The notes beneath the pieces are model-generated. The model saw only the letters and a program-made list of their open reading frames with translations. It was not told the origin of the DNA and did no database searches. Made by a program: the position numbers and the translations under genes. A stretch of DNA of 64,000 bases from assembly GCA_050251055.1 (NCBI GenBank), contig JBFWNL010000004.1, positions 128,001 to 192,000 on the forward strand, in the 5' to 3' direction. The DNA is from Bacteriovoracia bacterium (GTDB lineage Bacteria; Bdellovibrionota; UBA1018; JBFWNL01). Below, in pieces: positions 37,038 through 46,142 of this stretch; position 1 is the stretch's first letter; each line of letters starts with the position of its first letter.

Positions 37038-38393
37038 ATGGCATTGAGAAACAAATTTAGCTCCCGGGTACTGCCCGTACCCGCGCAGCCCACGAACTTG
37101 CGATCGAGGCCGGCGGCCCCCGCCCTCGATCGCAAGCTCGTCCTGCGCGATCAGCGTGGCTTCAGTATTGTCAGCGCCACGATCTCGAGCGCCATCCTAA
37201 TCGTAGGTCTGCTAGCGGCAGCCCAGGGCTTCGAGCACAGCATGAAGGCCGGACGCAACGTCAGCGGGTTGCACACCTACAACAGCCTGATGAGCACGAC
37301 CCAACTCCTCCTCAATGGGCAGAAGTCCTGCGTCGGGGCTTTTCAAAACGATGACGGAAGCCTGGTGCAATACCAACCTCCGCTGATGGGAAGCCCGGCG
37401 GTTGCCGATCCAAGCTACTCGGTGACGGTGAATCGCCTTATGCTGGGAACAAGCCCACTTCTTTCCGTGGACTCGAGTTCACCGAACCAGGAAGTGAAAA
37501 TCACGGACCTTCGGCTGCAATCCCGCGGGCTCGCTCCCGACGAGGTGACCCTCCTCGTTGGCGGCGCCACCAAAATCTACCATCGCCACGTAGTGGATTT
37601 GAATATTACGGGCGAAAAGACGGGTTTAATCTTAGGCGCGCGACAACTCACGAAGTCTTTCACTATCGCGATCTTAACGAATCCCACGGAATCGGGCCAA
37701 GTCGTGCAATGCTTGCCTCCGAGCGAAGGTGGGTTAGGATCCCCCACTTTGGAAATCGCCGTCGCTAAACGCGTCGGGATTGCGCTCTACAACCGTGACT
37801 GCGTCGAACCGGTCGCGAACATCGATCCTTGCGAATATAACGGAGGCGCATGCACGGCCGGAATGTCCGCGCCGCCACCCGCGCCGTACGCGATCCCGCA
37901 CCCCCTTTGGGATCAGTACCAAAAACCCCCCAGCGACCCGGCTTACTCAAACGTATGGGGAAAATTCTTTTACGATGGCGATCCGGATCTAACGAAGCTG
38001 CCGAACGGAATCACGAACATCGGCCCCCAGGGCCGTTGCAAAGTGCTCGCGGTCAATACGCCCGCCGGCGTGAACCCGGCGACAATCTTCAAATCCGTAA
38101 ATAAGGCGCATCCGAATTTTCCTTCCCAGCCCAACCAGCTTGCCGGGCTCGCGTGCAATGCCGCCGAAGGCTGGCGCCTGGTCAACTGTTCAAGCTCGAA
38201 TTACGGATCCGGCAGCGACCCCGATGAGCTAATCGGGCAAACCGACGGCCACGACAGCTGCTTCACCGGCAACTACCGGGAGCCTCATCTGCTGGCCGCC
38301 GGGGCCGCCGGTCACTTTCGGTCATTAAAGGTCGCGCTATCGGTTACCTGTATGCGCTTCAAACAGAGTCCAGGGTTAATTCAGTCCATATAA
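37038..38393 (+). CDS. Prepilin/pseudopilin-like protein with a Cys-rich C-terminal domain
   Basis: Class III-like signal RDQRG|FSIVSATISSAILIVGLLAAA and a Cys-rich C-terminal half. Start uncertain. Confidence 0.65.
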   Translation: MALRNKFSSRVLPVPAQPTNLRSRPAAPALDRKLVLRDQRGFSIVSATISSAILIVGLLAAAQGFEHSMKAGRNVSGLHTYNSLMSTTQLLLNGQKSCVGAFQNDDGSLVQYQPPLMGSPAVADPSYSVTVNRLMLGTSPLLSVDSSSPNQEVKITDLRLQSRGLAPDEVTLLVGGATKIYHRHVVDLNITGEKTGLILGARQLTKSFTIAILTNPTESGQVVQCLPPSEGGLGSPTLEIAVAKRVGIALYNRDCVEPVANIDPCEYNGGACTAGMSAPPPAPYAIPHPLWDQYQKPPSDPAYSNVWGKFFYDGDPDLTKLPNGITNIGPQGRCKVLAVNTPAGVNPATIFKSVNKAHPNFPSQPNQLAGLACNAAEGWRLVNCSSSNYGSGSDPDELIGQTDGHDSCFTGNYREPHLLAAGAAGHFRSLKVALSVTCMRFKQSPGLIQSI

Positions 38394-38409
38394 ACGAATA
38401 GGGGATTGC

Positions 38410-40896
38410 ATGGGGAAATACGCACGATTTGTGAGCATCTGGGTACTCGGAATCACGTTGGGAAGCGCGCCCGCGTTCGGGGGAATGTCCGTCGGCGTGA
38501 ATCTTAGTCAAACCGAATACGGATCGTCTTGGGATTTCATCAACGTCCTCCGCCAAGCGAACACCTTCGTGTCCCAAAACGCTTCGGGCAATGGTGCTTG
38601 GAATACGGGGGTGGCTCACTTGATTTCACGCAATGCGGAGGGCTATCCGCTCGTGGCGCCCGCTACCGTCTCGGGCCAAGCCGAGGGACAGGTACTCGCC
38701 ACGATCATCTACGGAGACTTGGCCGGAAAGTACCCCGGCGGAACGTACGTCGTGAAGTACGACGGCGCGGGTACCCTCCAGTTCGGGGGCGACGCGACGA
38801 TCACCGTCCAGCAGACGGGACGGTTGGAGCTCTCCGTGACGCCGGGAAACACCGGTATCATCATGCGCATTGTCGCCAGCACGAGCGGCAATCCCGTGCG
38901 CAATATCCGAATCTTCCATAAAAGCTTCGAAGGCGCGAATGGAGAGCCAAACGGAATTTTTCATCCTGCCTTGCTCCAAAAACTCGCCCCATTTTCGACG
39001 ATCCGCATGATGGATTGGCAACGCACCAACAACTCACCGCTGGTGGCGTGGGGCGATCGCCGGCTACCCGAGTACTACACGCAAACCGATGAAAAAGGGG
39101 TAGCCCTCGAGCATCAAATCGACCTGGCGAACGCGCTCGGGAAAAACATCTGGTTGAACATCCCGCACAAAGCCGACGACGGTTACGTGCAGAGCATGGC
39201 TACGGTGGTGAAGAACCGGCTCAATCCGGCGCTAAAAGCGTATATCGAATACTCCAACGAAGTTTGGAACGGAGGTTTCCAGCAGCATCAATATGCCGAA
39301 CAGCAAGGGGATTCGATTTACGGGAACCCGACGGCGTATAACTTCTGGAAGTACTACGCGCTTCGATCCGTGCAGGTGCTTCAGATATTCAAGAACGTAT
39401 TCGGCGGACAGAGCCAGCGCATCGTGCGGGTCATTGGATCACAACACGACTGGGGCGGCGGCGGAATGAGCCAGCAAATCCTGGCTCACGCTTATTCGGT
39501 CGCCCAAAACCCGGCGGACTTTGCCGATGCCTTGGCCACCGCGCCTTACTTCGGCTCTAGCTACGGATTGAGCTGCAATCCGGCTAATCTCAATGTGGAC
39601 ACCCTGATGGCCGGACTCCAGAACGACATCGCGACCTTGCAAAAACCGCGATCGCTCGCGAACAAGGGCTTCGCCGACCAGTACGGACTGGACTTCATCG
39701 CGTACGAGGCGGGCCAGCATTTGGTACGCGTGGCGAACTGCGGTACGGCCAACGCCGCGATCGACGCTTTCTTCATCGCCGCCAACCGCTCTCCGCTTCT
39801 GAAGAACGTCTATCTTTATGATTTGCAAAACCTGGAAGGGATCTACGACCTCGTCATGGAGTACAGCTTCATCGGCAAGTATGGCTCCTGGGGATCCTGG
39901 GGGATTCTCGAGAACATGACCCAGACCCGCGCCCAGGCCCCGAAATATGACGCGATCCTGACTTACCTGGAAGGATCCAGCCCTCCCTCAGATACGGTTC
40001 CGCCGACTATCACCGTGTCGCCGACCTCCGTCACGATCGCCGTTGGCGCAAGCTACACTCTCGCCAACGCCATGAACGGGGTGAGTGCCATCGACAACGT
40101 CGACGGAAATATCACCGCGCAGGTTTCGGTGTCGGGCGCGGCCTTTCCCCTGAATACCGCGTCGCCAGGCACGCTGACCCTGACTTACGCCGTTTCGGAC
40201 GCAGCGGGAAATGCCGCGGCCCCTAAGAGCCGTACCGTCACGATTCAAGCGGCTACTCCTCCGCCTCCTCCGCCGCCCGGGGGAAATGGCTTAAAGGGTG
40301 AATACTTCGAGGGCGCGAACAACTTCGCCCTGCGGGATCGGGTCCTCGTTCGGACCGATGCCGCCGTGAACTTCAACTGGGATTACGGCGCACCGGCCAC
40401 GTCCGTGAGCGAGGATACCTTCTCGGTGCGTTGGACGGGTTACGTCAAGCCGAAGTATTCCGAAGCTTATACGTTCTGCGTGGAATCCGACGATGGCGCG
40501 CTTTTGCGAGTCGACGGCGCGCTTCTCGTCAACGCCCTGACCGATCACGCGGCAACGGAAATCTGCGGTCCCCCGATTTCCTTGCAAGCGAATCAGCTCT
40601 ATACCATCAAGCTGAAGTATTACGAAAACCTGGGTCAAGCTTCGGTGAAACTCCGCTGGAAGAGCGCGAGCCAGACCAAGGAAATCGTACCTAGCTCCCG
40701 GCTCTTCCTTCCTGATTTCACCTGCCAGGGAGATCTGGACGGAAACGGGATGGTGGATTCCATGGACTTGGCGATCTTGATGAGCGCCTGGGGTGTCGCG
40801 AGTTCGGGCGCGATGGCCGATTTCGACCAAAGCGGCATGATCGATTCCTGGGACCTAGCTATCCTGCTCATGGCTTGGGGCGCATGCTCGAACTAG
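38410..40896 (+). CDS. Secreted multidomain protein: glycoside-hydrolase-like barrel + Ig-like + PA14 + dockerin-like
   Basis: Signal peptide; IRMMDWQRTN, YIEYSNEVWN and AYEAGQH (two candidate catalytic Glu); AIDNVDGNIT...YAVSDAAGN; GLKGEYF...FSVRWTG...SDDG; duplicated DLDGNGMVDSMDLAILMSAWG. Confidence 0.85.
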   Translation: MGKYARFVSIWVLGITLGSAPAFGGMSVGVNLSQTEYGSSWDFINVLRQANTFVSQNASGNGAWNTGVAHLISRNAEGYPLVAPATVSGQAEGQVLATIIYGDLAGKYPGGTYVVKYDGAGTLQFGGDATITVQQTGRLELSVTPGNTGIIMRIVASTSGNPVRNIRIFHKSFEGANGEPNGIFHPALLQKLAPFSTIRMMDWQRTNNSPLVAWGDRRLPEYYTQTDEKGVALEHQIDLANALGKNIWLNIPHKADDGYVQSMATVVKNRLNPALKAYIEYSNEVWNGGFQQHQYAEQQGDSIYGNPTAYNFWKYYALRSVQVLQIFKNVFGGQSQRIVRVIGSQHDWGGGGMSQQILAHAYSVAQNPADFADALATAPYFGSSYGLSCNPANLNVDTLMAGLQNDIATLQKPRSLANKGFADQYGLDFIAYEAGQHLVRVANCGTANAAIDAFFIAANRSPLLKNVYLYDLQNLEGIYDLVMEYSFIGKYGSWGSWGILENMTQTRAQAPKYDAILTYLEGSSPPSDTVPPTITVSPTSVTIAVGASYTLANAMNGVSAIDNVDGNITAQVSVSGAAFPLNTASPGTLTLTYAVSDAAGNAAAPKSRTVTIQAATPPPPPPPGGNGLKGEYFEGANNFALRDRVLVRTDAAVNFNWDYGAPATSVSEDTFSVRWTGYVKPKYSEAYTFCVESDDGALLRVDGALLVNALTDHAATEICGPPISLQANQLYTIKLKYYENLGQASVKLRWKSASQTKEIVPSSRLFLPDFTCQGDLDGNGMVDSMDLAILMSAWGVASSGAMADFDQSGMIDSWDLAILLMAWGACSN

Positions 40897-40945
40897 ATGC
40901 CCTGTGGTTTGCCAAAGCCAATCGCCTGTAGGAGAATAAACCGCT

Positions 40946-42043
40946 ATGCCGCCGTCGCACCTACCTCTGCTCTTGTACTTACTGATCTGGGGGGCCGGGT
41001 GCTCGGCGGTGTTCCAACGGCCAGTCGAGGAAGTGTTCGATTTAATTGTAAATGCAGGTAATTCGAACGTAGTGGCGGTGAGATTTCGACCAGAGACGGG
41101 AACCTTTTCCACCGGCGCGAGCGCCTCGGCCGGAGGCAATCTGTTCTATGCGATCGAATCGAGTTCACGAAACAACCTGATCTTAGTGGCAGGCAACTTG
41201 GCAGATCAGTTAGCTGCGATCTACTATAATTCGGTTTCCGGAGGGCTCGAAACCACCCAAACTCTAACCACCCTCAATTCACCCCGATCGATTGCTATTC
41301 ACCCCGACGGAGGATTCGCCTACGCAGGGTATGTATCTGTTGCTGGCATGTCCATCTACTCAATTGCCACCCAGAGCAATCCACCCGTAGTAGCTAACGT
41401 GGCTCACTTCGCGCACGGTGGAATTACATACTACGATCTAAAATTTACCCCCGACGGCCGATACCTATTAGGATCCTTTCCTAATACGAAACAAATCTAC
41501 GTCTATGAGGCCAATTCCACGACCGGATACGTAACCTATGTCGGGCAGGGGCCGGTTTTGCCGGTCGCGGAGTTTTTGGCGGTCGCACCTAATGGGCGGA
41601 CTATTTATTCCGTAGGATACTACGTCGATGACAGTGTCTCGGCCCTTCGTTTGGACCCCTCCACCGGCGCCCTATCTCTCATCGCCACTTACAATACCGG
41701 CCAAGGAACCATCGGCGGACGGGTGAAGGTGAGCGCTGACGGAAACTGGCTATTCGTTGGAAACCAAGGCCCCACGATCACTCTCTTTCGCATCGATTCA
41801 GACGGCGCCCTCACGATGCAAGGAACCCACAGCGTCGGGGAAGACTGCAGTGTCCTAAATGTTTTGCTGGATCCCCGAGGGAACTGGGTTTTCGCGGTCT
41901 GCGGCGCCACCAACGAAGGGACGCTCCGGGCATTGCGATTCGATTCATCTAAGGGCAGCTTAAGCCTCGTGAGTAAAAGCGATTATATTTTCACCCAACG
42001 AGGGGCGGCTCTGTTGCGCCAGCTCAACCCCAAGCTTCAGTGA
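40946..42043 (+). CDS. Lactonase-family (6-phosphogluconolactonase-like) beta-propeller, probable lipoprotein
   Basis: Repeats HPDGGFAY, TPDGRYLL, APNGRTIY, SADGNWLF and DPRGNWVF. N-terminal WGAG-C. Confidence 0.8.
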   Translation: MPPSHLPLLLYLLIWGAGCSAVFQRPVEEVFDLIVNAGNSNVVAVRFRPETGTFSTGASASAGGNLFYAIESSSRNNLILVAGNLADQLAAIYYNSVSGGLETTQTLTTLNSPRSIAIHPDGGFAYAGYVSVAGMSIYSIATQSNPPVVANVAHFAHGGITYYDLKFTPDGRYLLGSFPNTKQIYVYEANSTTGYVTYVGQGPVLPVAEFLAVAPNGRTIYSVGYYVDDSVSALRLDPSTGALSLIATYNTGQGTIGGRVKVSADGNWLFVGNQGPTITLFRIDSDGALTMQGTHSVGEDCSVLNVLLDPRGNWVFAVCGATNEGTLRALRFDSSKGSLSLVSKSDYIFTQRGAALLRQLNPKLQ

Positions 42044-42822
42044 GCGGGCGAAATCCCCCGCCAAAGACTCCAAGCAGCGCATTCTTGGGCCGGATCCGAA
42101 AATTTCTTCGCGCGGATGTCAATCCATTGACGCAGATCCTTCTGCAACTTTTGGTGGCCGGGATTTAAGATCGGCGCCGAATCCTTGCCCAAATGGAAGG
42201 ACTGGTAGCGAGCGAGATGATCAAACCGCTGCTGCTTGAAATCAACGCGCAGGTTTTCACCCACCTCCATCGCCTCCACCTCGACGCCGCCCTGTTTTGC
42301 CATCGCGGAAATCATCTTCTGGGCGCCGCTTTTCGTGGGCATCGCCATCATTACTACCGTGCGAAGTTTCGCCGTAGGCGCATACTCCGCTAGAAACTCG
42401 CGCAGGTGAATGGTGACCGCGATCGCGCTATTTCCCGTCATCGCCGCATCGAGCAGCACGACTTCCTTGCCGGCCAGGGAGGCCGCCGGAGGCAACATTC
42501 GGCGAAAATGGGCAAAAAGCAGGGCTTTTTCCGGAGCATCCAAAATCTGTTCTCGAAAGCCACTCAGGGGAAGTTCGTGAACGTACCCGGGATGCCGCGC
42601 CTCGAGCATCGCCGCCACGGCGGCGGGACTGCGGCCCAGGGAAACCACCACCGAACTCGCGGGAGGCGCTTTCTCCACAATCGCGCGGCTCGCCGCCTCT
42701 ATATCCATCCACGTGTAATACCCCAGCTCGCCGTGAGCGAGCGCAGGGGGGGCCCCGGCACAGATAAGCACGCAGGTCGTCCCGAGACTGAGTGCGGATC
42801 TAAGGCTAAAACAAAGCTTCAC
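42037..42822 (-). CDS. Secreted hypothetical protein with a PRTase-like motif
   Basis: Signal peptide ending ALA. VVSLGRSP and EVVLLDAAMTGNS resemble type I phosphoribosyltransferase loops. Confidence 0.65.
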   Translation of the reverse strand: MKLCFSLRSALSLGTTCVLICAGAPPALAHGELGYYTWMDIEAASRAIVEKAPPASSVVVSLGRSPAAVAAMLEARHPGYVHELPLSGFREQILDAPEKALLFAHFRRMLPPAASLAGKEVVLLDAAMTGNSAIAVTIHLREFLAEYAPTAKLRTVVMMAMPTKSGAQKMISAMAKQGGVEVEAMEVGENLRVDFKQQRFDHLARYQSFHLGKDSAPILNPGHQKLQKDLRQWIDIRAKKFSDPAQECAAWSLWRGISPAH

Positions 42823-42865
42823 GCTCTCTTTTCGGATTATTGCGATGTGTCGCTTAGAGGAAAAA

Positions 42866-43030
42866 ACCCCCGGAATCGTGCGCTGTCAATTGGAGCCCTA
42901 GGTTTCAACGTGGCAGCCGTATGGCGGCTTTAGGCTTCCGAGTCAGGCTCGGCATGCTCACCACCGCGCAGGAACAGCCCCTAGGTAATTGACTGTAGGG
43001 TCCAATGTTATATTACGCAGACCCCGGGGT
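42866..43030 (-). ncRNA. ssrS: Probable 6S RNA
   Basis: ~165-nt rod: CCCCGGGGTCTGCGT pairs with GCGCACGATTCCGGGG (G-U pairs on the - strand), ATTGGACCCT pairs with AGGGCTCCAAT, then a central bubble and an apical CCGAG/CTCGG hairpin. TATACT -10 box 6 nt upstream and a 3' U-tract. Confidence 0.72.
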
Positions 43031-43164
43031 AAGACCAGTATACCCAAAACCAAAATCGAAAACCAACTACGCGAAATTCGCGCCAAGCTAAAATTTATCC
43101 CCGGCGGACTTCCCTGGAATTACCTGACTTTACACTACTGCTGAAAGGTGACAGACTTAGCTAA

Positions 43165-44475
43165 ATGGCAGCCAATAAATTGCTGGTGGCCGACGATAGC
43201 TTGACTATTCAAAAAGTTATCCGGCTCGCCCTATCCAGTGAAGGATATGAAATCGAAGCGGTTTCCAACGGGAAGGAAGCCTTGGAGCAGATCCCGCTGT
43301 TTCGCCCCGACGTGGTGCTGATCGACTCTTCGCTGCCCGACAAGAACGCCTTCGAGATCCGCCGTGAGTTCAAAGACAATCCCGATTTTTCCCATATCCG
43401 CTTCATTGTGATGGCGAGCGCGTACGAGCAATTGGATGAAGCGCAGGTCAATGCGTTGCAGTTCCACGGACGCCTCATCAAGCCATTCGATCCCGGTCAC
43501 CTCCGGAAAATTCTTAGCGATGTATTAAAGAACGCGCCCGCCCCGACGGGGCCAACGGGAAAACCCGCCTCCGTCGAGAAGGAAGTGACGCAGATTCTGA
43601 ACGCGGGCGCCGTCCCGCCTTCCGCACCCAAACCGCCTCCGCACCCGCCACGCATGCCTCCCGGCCGACCCGGCGCGGGCGCGGCATCCGCAGCTCCTCC
43701 TTCTAAACCTAAGTCAAACGACATCTGGGATCAGGACGCGTTCCATGAAGTACCCCAGGATGGCGGCGGCGGCGGCGGCGGCGGCGAAGAAGAAGACATT
43801 CGGCAGCTCACCGAGAGCACGATCAAGCTCGCCGGCATGGATAATTTTCAATGGTCGGTGAACGAGCCAGGCAGCCGTCCCTCGGCGTCTCCGTTTGCGG
43901 AAGCGGCTCCTCCGGCGGCGCCGCCCGCCGCCCCCGCCGCCGCGGCGAACTCGCCGGACGTCGTGGGCGACAAAACCTACACCGACATGCAGGTGGACGA
44001 GCCCTTCCTAAAGCCGTCGAAAAATATCCTGGATACCGAGGAAGTGACCTTCGATTTGGATCAGTCTTCCCTGGAAGAAAAAGGGATTGCCCACGACGGC
44101 AAAGCCGAGAAGAGCGGCGGGATCGTGGAAGTGGACTTTTCCGATAGCCCCGCGGCCCCGGCCGGCGCCTCCGACAAGAACCAAGTTTTCTTCGGATATG
44201 AGCCGGGTCCCACGGATTCCGATTTCACTCCGCCCGCCCAGCCGCCTCGGCACCCGCCGAACTTTTCTTCCGGCGCGGCCCAGATACAGGTGGAAGAAGA
44301 GCAAACCGACACCCTTCGGCTGCATCGCCCCACCCACCAACAGCTGGAAGACGCGGTGGCCAAGCAGCTGCAAGCCACGCTGGAAAAAACCATCGAACGG
44401 CTGCTTCCGGAGATCGCCGAAAAAGTCATTCGGCAAGAGATCCATCGGCTGCTGTCCGAACCGCCCCCGAACTAA
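43165..44475 (+). CDS. romR: RomR-like polarity response regulator (receiver + Pro/acidic linker + helical C-terminus)
   Basis: LLVADDSLTIQKVIRL receiver with KPF, a long Pro-rich disordered linker and C-terminal LPEIAEKVIRQEIHRLL. Confidence 0.72.
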   Translation: MAANKLLVADDSLTIQKVIRLALSSEGYEIEAVSNGKEALEQIPLFRPDVVLIDSSLPDKNAFEIRREFKDNPDFSHIRFIVMASAYEQLDEAQVNALQFHGRLIKPFDPGHLRKILSDVLKNAPAPTGPTGKPASVEKEVTQILNAGAVPPSAPKPPPHPPRMPPGRPGAGAASAAPPSKPKSNDIWDQDAFHEVPQDGGGGGGGGEEEDIRQLTESTIKLAGMDNFQWSVNEPGSRPSASPFAEAAPPAAPPAAPAAAANSPDVVGDKTYTDMQVDEPFLKPSKNILDTEEVTFDLDQSSLEEKGIAHDGKAEKSGGIVEVDFSDSPAAPAGASDKNQVFFGYEPGPTDSDFTPPAQPPRHPPNFSSGAAQIQVEEEQTDTLRLHRPTHQQLEDAVAKQLQATLEKTIERLLPEIAEKVIRQEIHRLLSEPPPN

Positions 44476-44486
44476 CCCAAGAGATT

Positions 44487-45230
44487 TTATTTTTTGCGAA
44501 GCTTTCGTACGTCTTCCGCGTAAAGCGGCTGCTCCGATCCGTCCGCGCGCCTTACCTTGAGCTCGCCGAACGCGCCCAAACCCACCACCGTCCCCTGATT
44601 GCCGTCCTCCGCGCCCCATTCCACCGTCGTGCCGGGAGCAAACACGGATGCGGTCGCGTACTCGGCGGCGATGACAGGCGCACTAGCGGAGAGGTCATCG
44701 ACGGCGCGCAGGATTTCACGGTGGCACGCCTCGCGCACGGCTTCGAGCGCAGGCGGCGCGGACAACTCGCGCGCGAGACTGGTGGTCGGCTGATCCAACC
44801 CTTCCGGCGCGTGCGCGCAATTCAAGCCCAAACCGATTACCAGAAAATTCCCGCCTCGGTTTCCCACGCCCTCACACAAAATTCCGCCGATTTTCTTTTC
44901 GTTTACCCACAAATCATTCGGCCACTTAATTCGCAATGGCAACTCGGGCGCCAACGCCAGTAAAGCGCGCTTCACGCCGACGGCCACCGCGAGCGGTATC
45001 CAGGTCAATGTGACTTCGCGGGCGGGGCGGGCGACGATCGAGAGAAACAAATTTCCGCGTTCGGAGTCCCACGACCGCCCTTGGCGGCCGCGTCCCGCCG
45101 TCTGCCGAAGCGCTGAAATCCAAGTCCCGTGAGGAGCGCCATCGGCGCCCAGCCGTTTGGCGACCTCATTGGTCGAATCGCACTCGTCGACAACTTGATT
45201 TGCGACCGGATTAGCGGGGGTATCGGCCAT
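44487..45230 (-). CDS. birA: Biotin-protein ligase (no N-terminal HTH)
   Basis: DSTN, QTAGRGRQGRSW, IKWPND and KKIGGILCE motifs. Alternative TTG start at 45242. Confidence 0.93.
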   Translation of the reverse strand: MADTPANPVANQVVDECDSTNEVAKRLGADGAPHGTWISALRQTAGRGRQGRSWDSERGNLFLSIVARPAREVTLTWIPLAVAVGVKRALLALAPELPLRIKWPNDLWVNEKKIGGILCEGVGNRGGNFLVIGLGLNCAHAPEGLDQPTTSLARELSAPPALEAVREACHREILRAVDDLSASAPVIAAEYATASVFAPGTTVEWGAEDGNQGTVVGLGAFGELKVRRADGSEQPLYAEDVRKLRKK

Positions 45231-45238
45231 CGGATTCG

Positions 45239-46123
45239 TCAATCGATCAACATCGAGAGATCAACGCTGGTCACGGAGTGGGTGATACCACCCGCGGAGA
45301 TAATGTCTACGCCCTCGAGCGCGTACGCGCGGATGTTCGCTTCATTGATCCCGCCGGAGACTTCGATGGGGACTGACACTTGTTCGCGAGCGAGATAAGC
45401 GAGCGCGGCCTTGACCTGCGCAGGCGTGAAGTTATCGAGCATGATCACTTCCGCTCCCGCCTCCACGGCCTCCTTCAATTCCTCGTGATTGCGCACCTCC
45501 ACCTCTACGCGCAATCCATGGGGAGCCTGCCGCGCGCGCAAAACCGCCTTCTTGATCCCGCCGGCGGCGGCGATGTGATTTTCCTTCACCAGCACGCCAC
45601 TCGAGAGCGCCAGACGATGGATGCCGCCGCCGCCCGAGAGCACGCCATACGCGCAGAGATCGCGGTACCCGGGCAGGGTTTTGCGGGTCATGACCACGCG
45701 GGGAGGGCGCTTCAATTTCTGGGAGGCGACTTCTTTCACCAAACGCTGGGTCGCGGTGGCAATGCCACCCACATAGGAAGCGAGATTCAGAAACGGACGC
45801 TCGAAGGTGAGCACTTCGACAGCGGGGCCTTTCCATTCCGCGATCAACGCGCCCTTCTTATACGCCGTTCCGCTCGCCAAGGACTTCTTAACCGTGATGG
45901 CTCGCCCTCGCGCGGCGGAAAGCTGCATGACCGCTTCGCAAAGCAGGCTCGCCGCCCACACGCCATCGGATTTCGCGACCACCCGGGCCTGCACGGTTTT
46001 CTCCGGGTCTTTTAGGGTCGTGAGACTGGTCCAATCCCAAGCGGCGCCGTCTTCCTCTAGGCCTGCCTGCAGATGCTTCTTCCAAACCTCGATCCGTTCG
46101 TGATAGCCATTTTGCGTCCACAT
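45239..46123 (-). CDS. nadC: Nicotinate-nucleotide pyrophosphorylase (quinolinate PRTase)
   Basis: TRKTLPG, HRLAL...KENHI, EVEV, IMLDNF and EVSGGI motifs. Start at 46123 or 46144. Confidence 0.95.
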   Translation of the reverse strand: MWTQNGYHERIEVWKKHLQAGLEEDGAAWDWTSLTTLKDPEKTVQARVVAKSDGVWAASLLCEAVMQLSAARGRAITVKKSLASGTAYKKGALIAEWKGPAVEVLTFERPFLNLASYVGGIATATQRLVKEVASQKLKRPPRVVMTRKTLPGYRDLCAYGVLSGGGGIHRLALSSGVLVKENHIAAAGGIKKAVLRARQAPHGLRVEVEVRNHEELKEAVEAGAEVIMLDNFTPAQVKAALAYLAREQVSVPIEVSGGINEANIRAYALEGVDIISAGGITHSVTSVDLSMLID

Positions 46124-46142
46124 ATAGTGAGGTGAATAATCC

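Noticed and set aside
35005-42866. Accessory block as an island integrated at the 6S RNA 3' end
   Set aside because: No integrase in the block and no direct repeat of the 6S end found at the other side.
43762-43785. (GGC)8 tract in the romR-like gene as a phase-variation switch
   Set aside because: An in-frame triplet repeat encoding poly-Gly in a disordered linker; slippage would not shift the frame.
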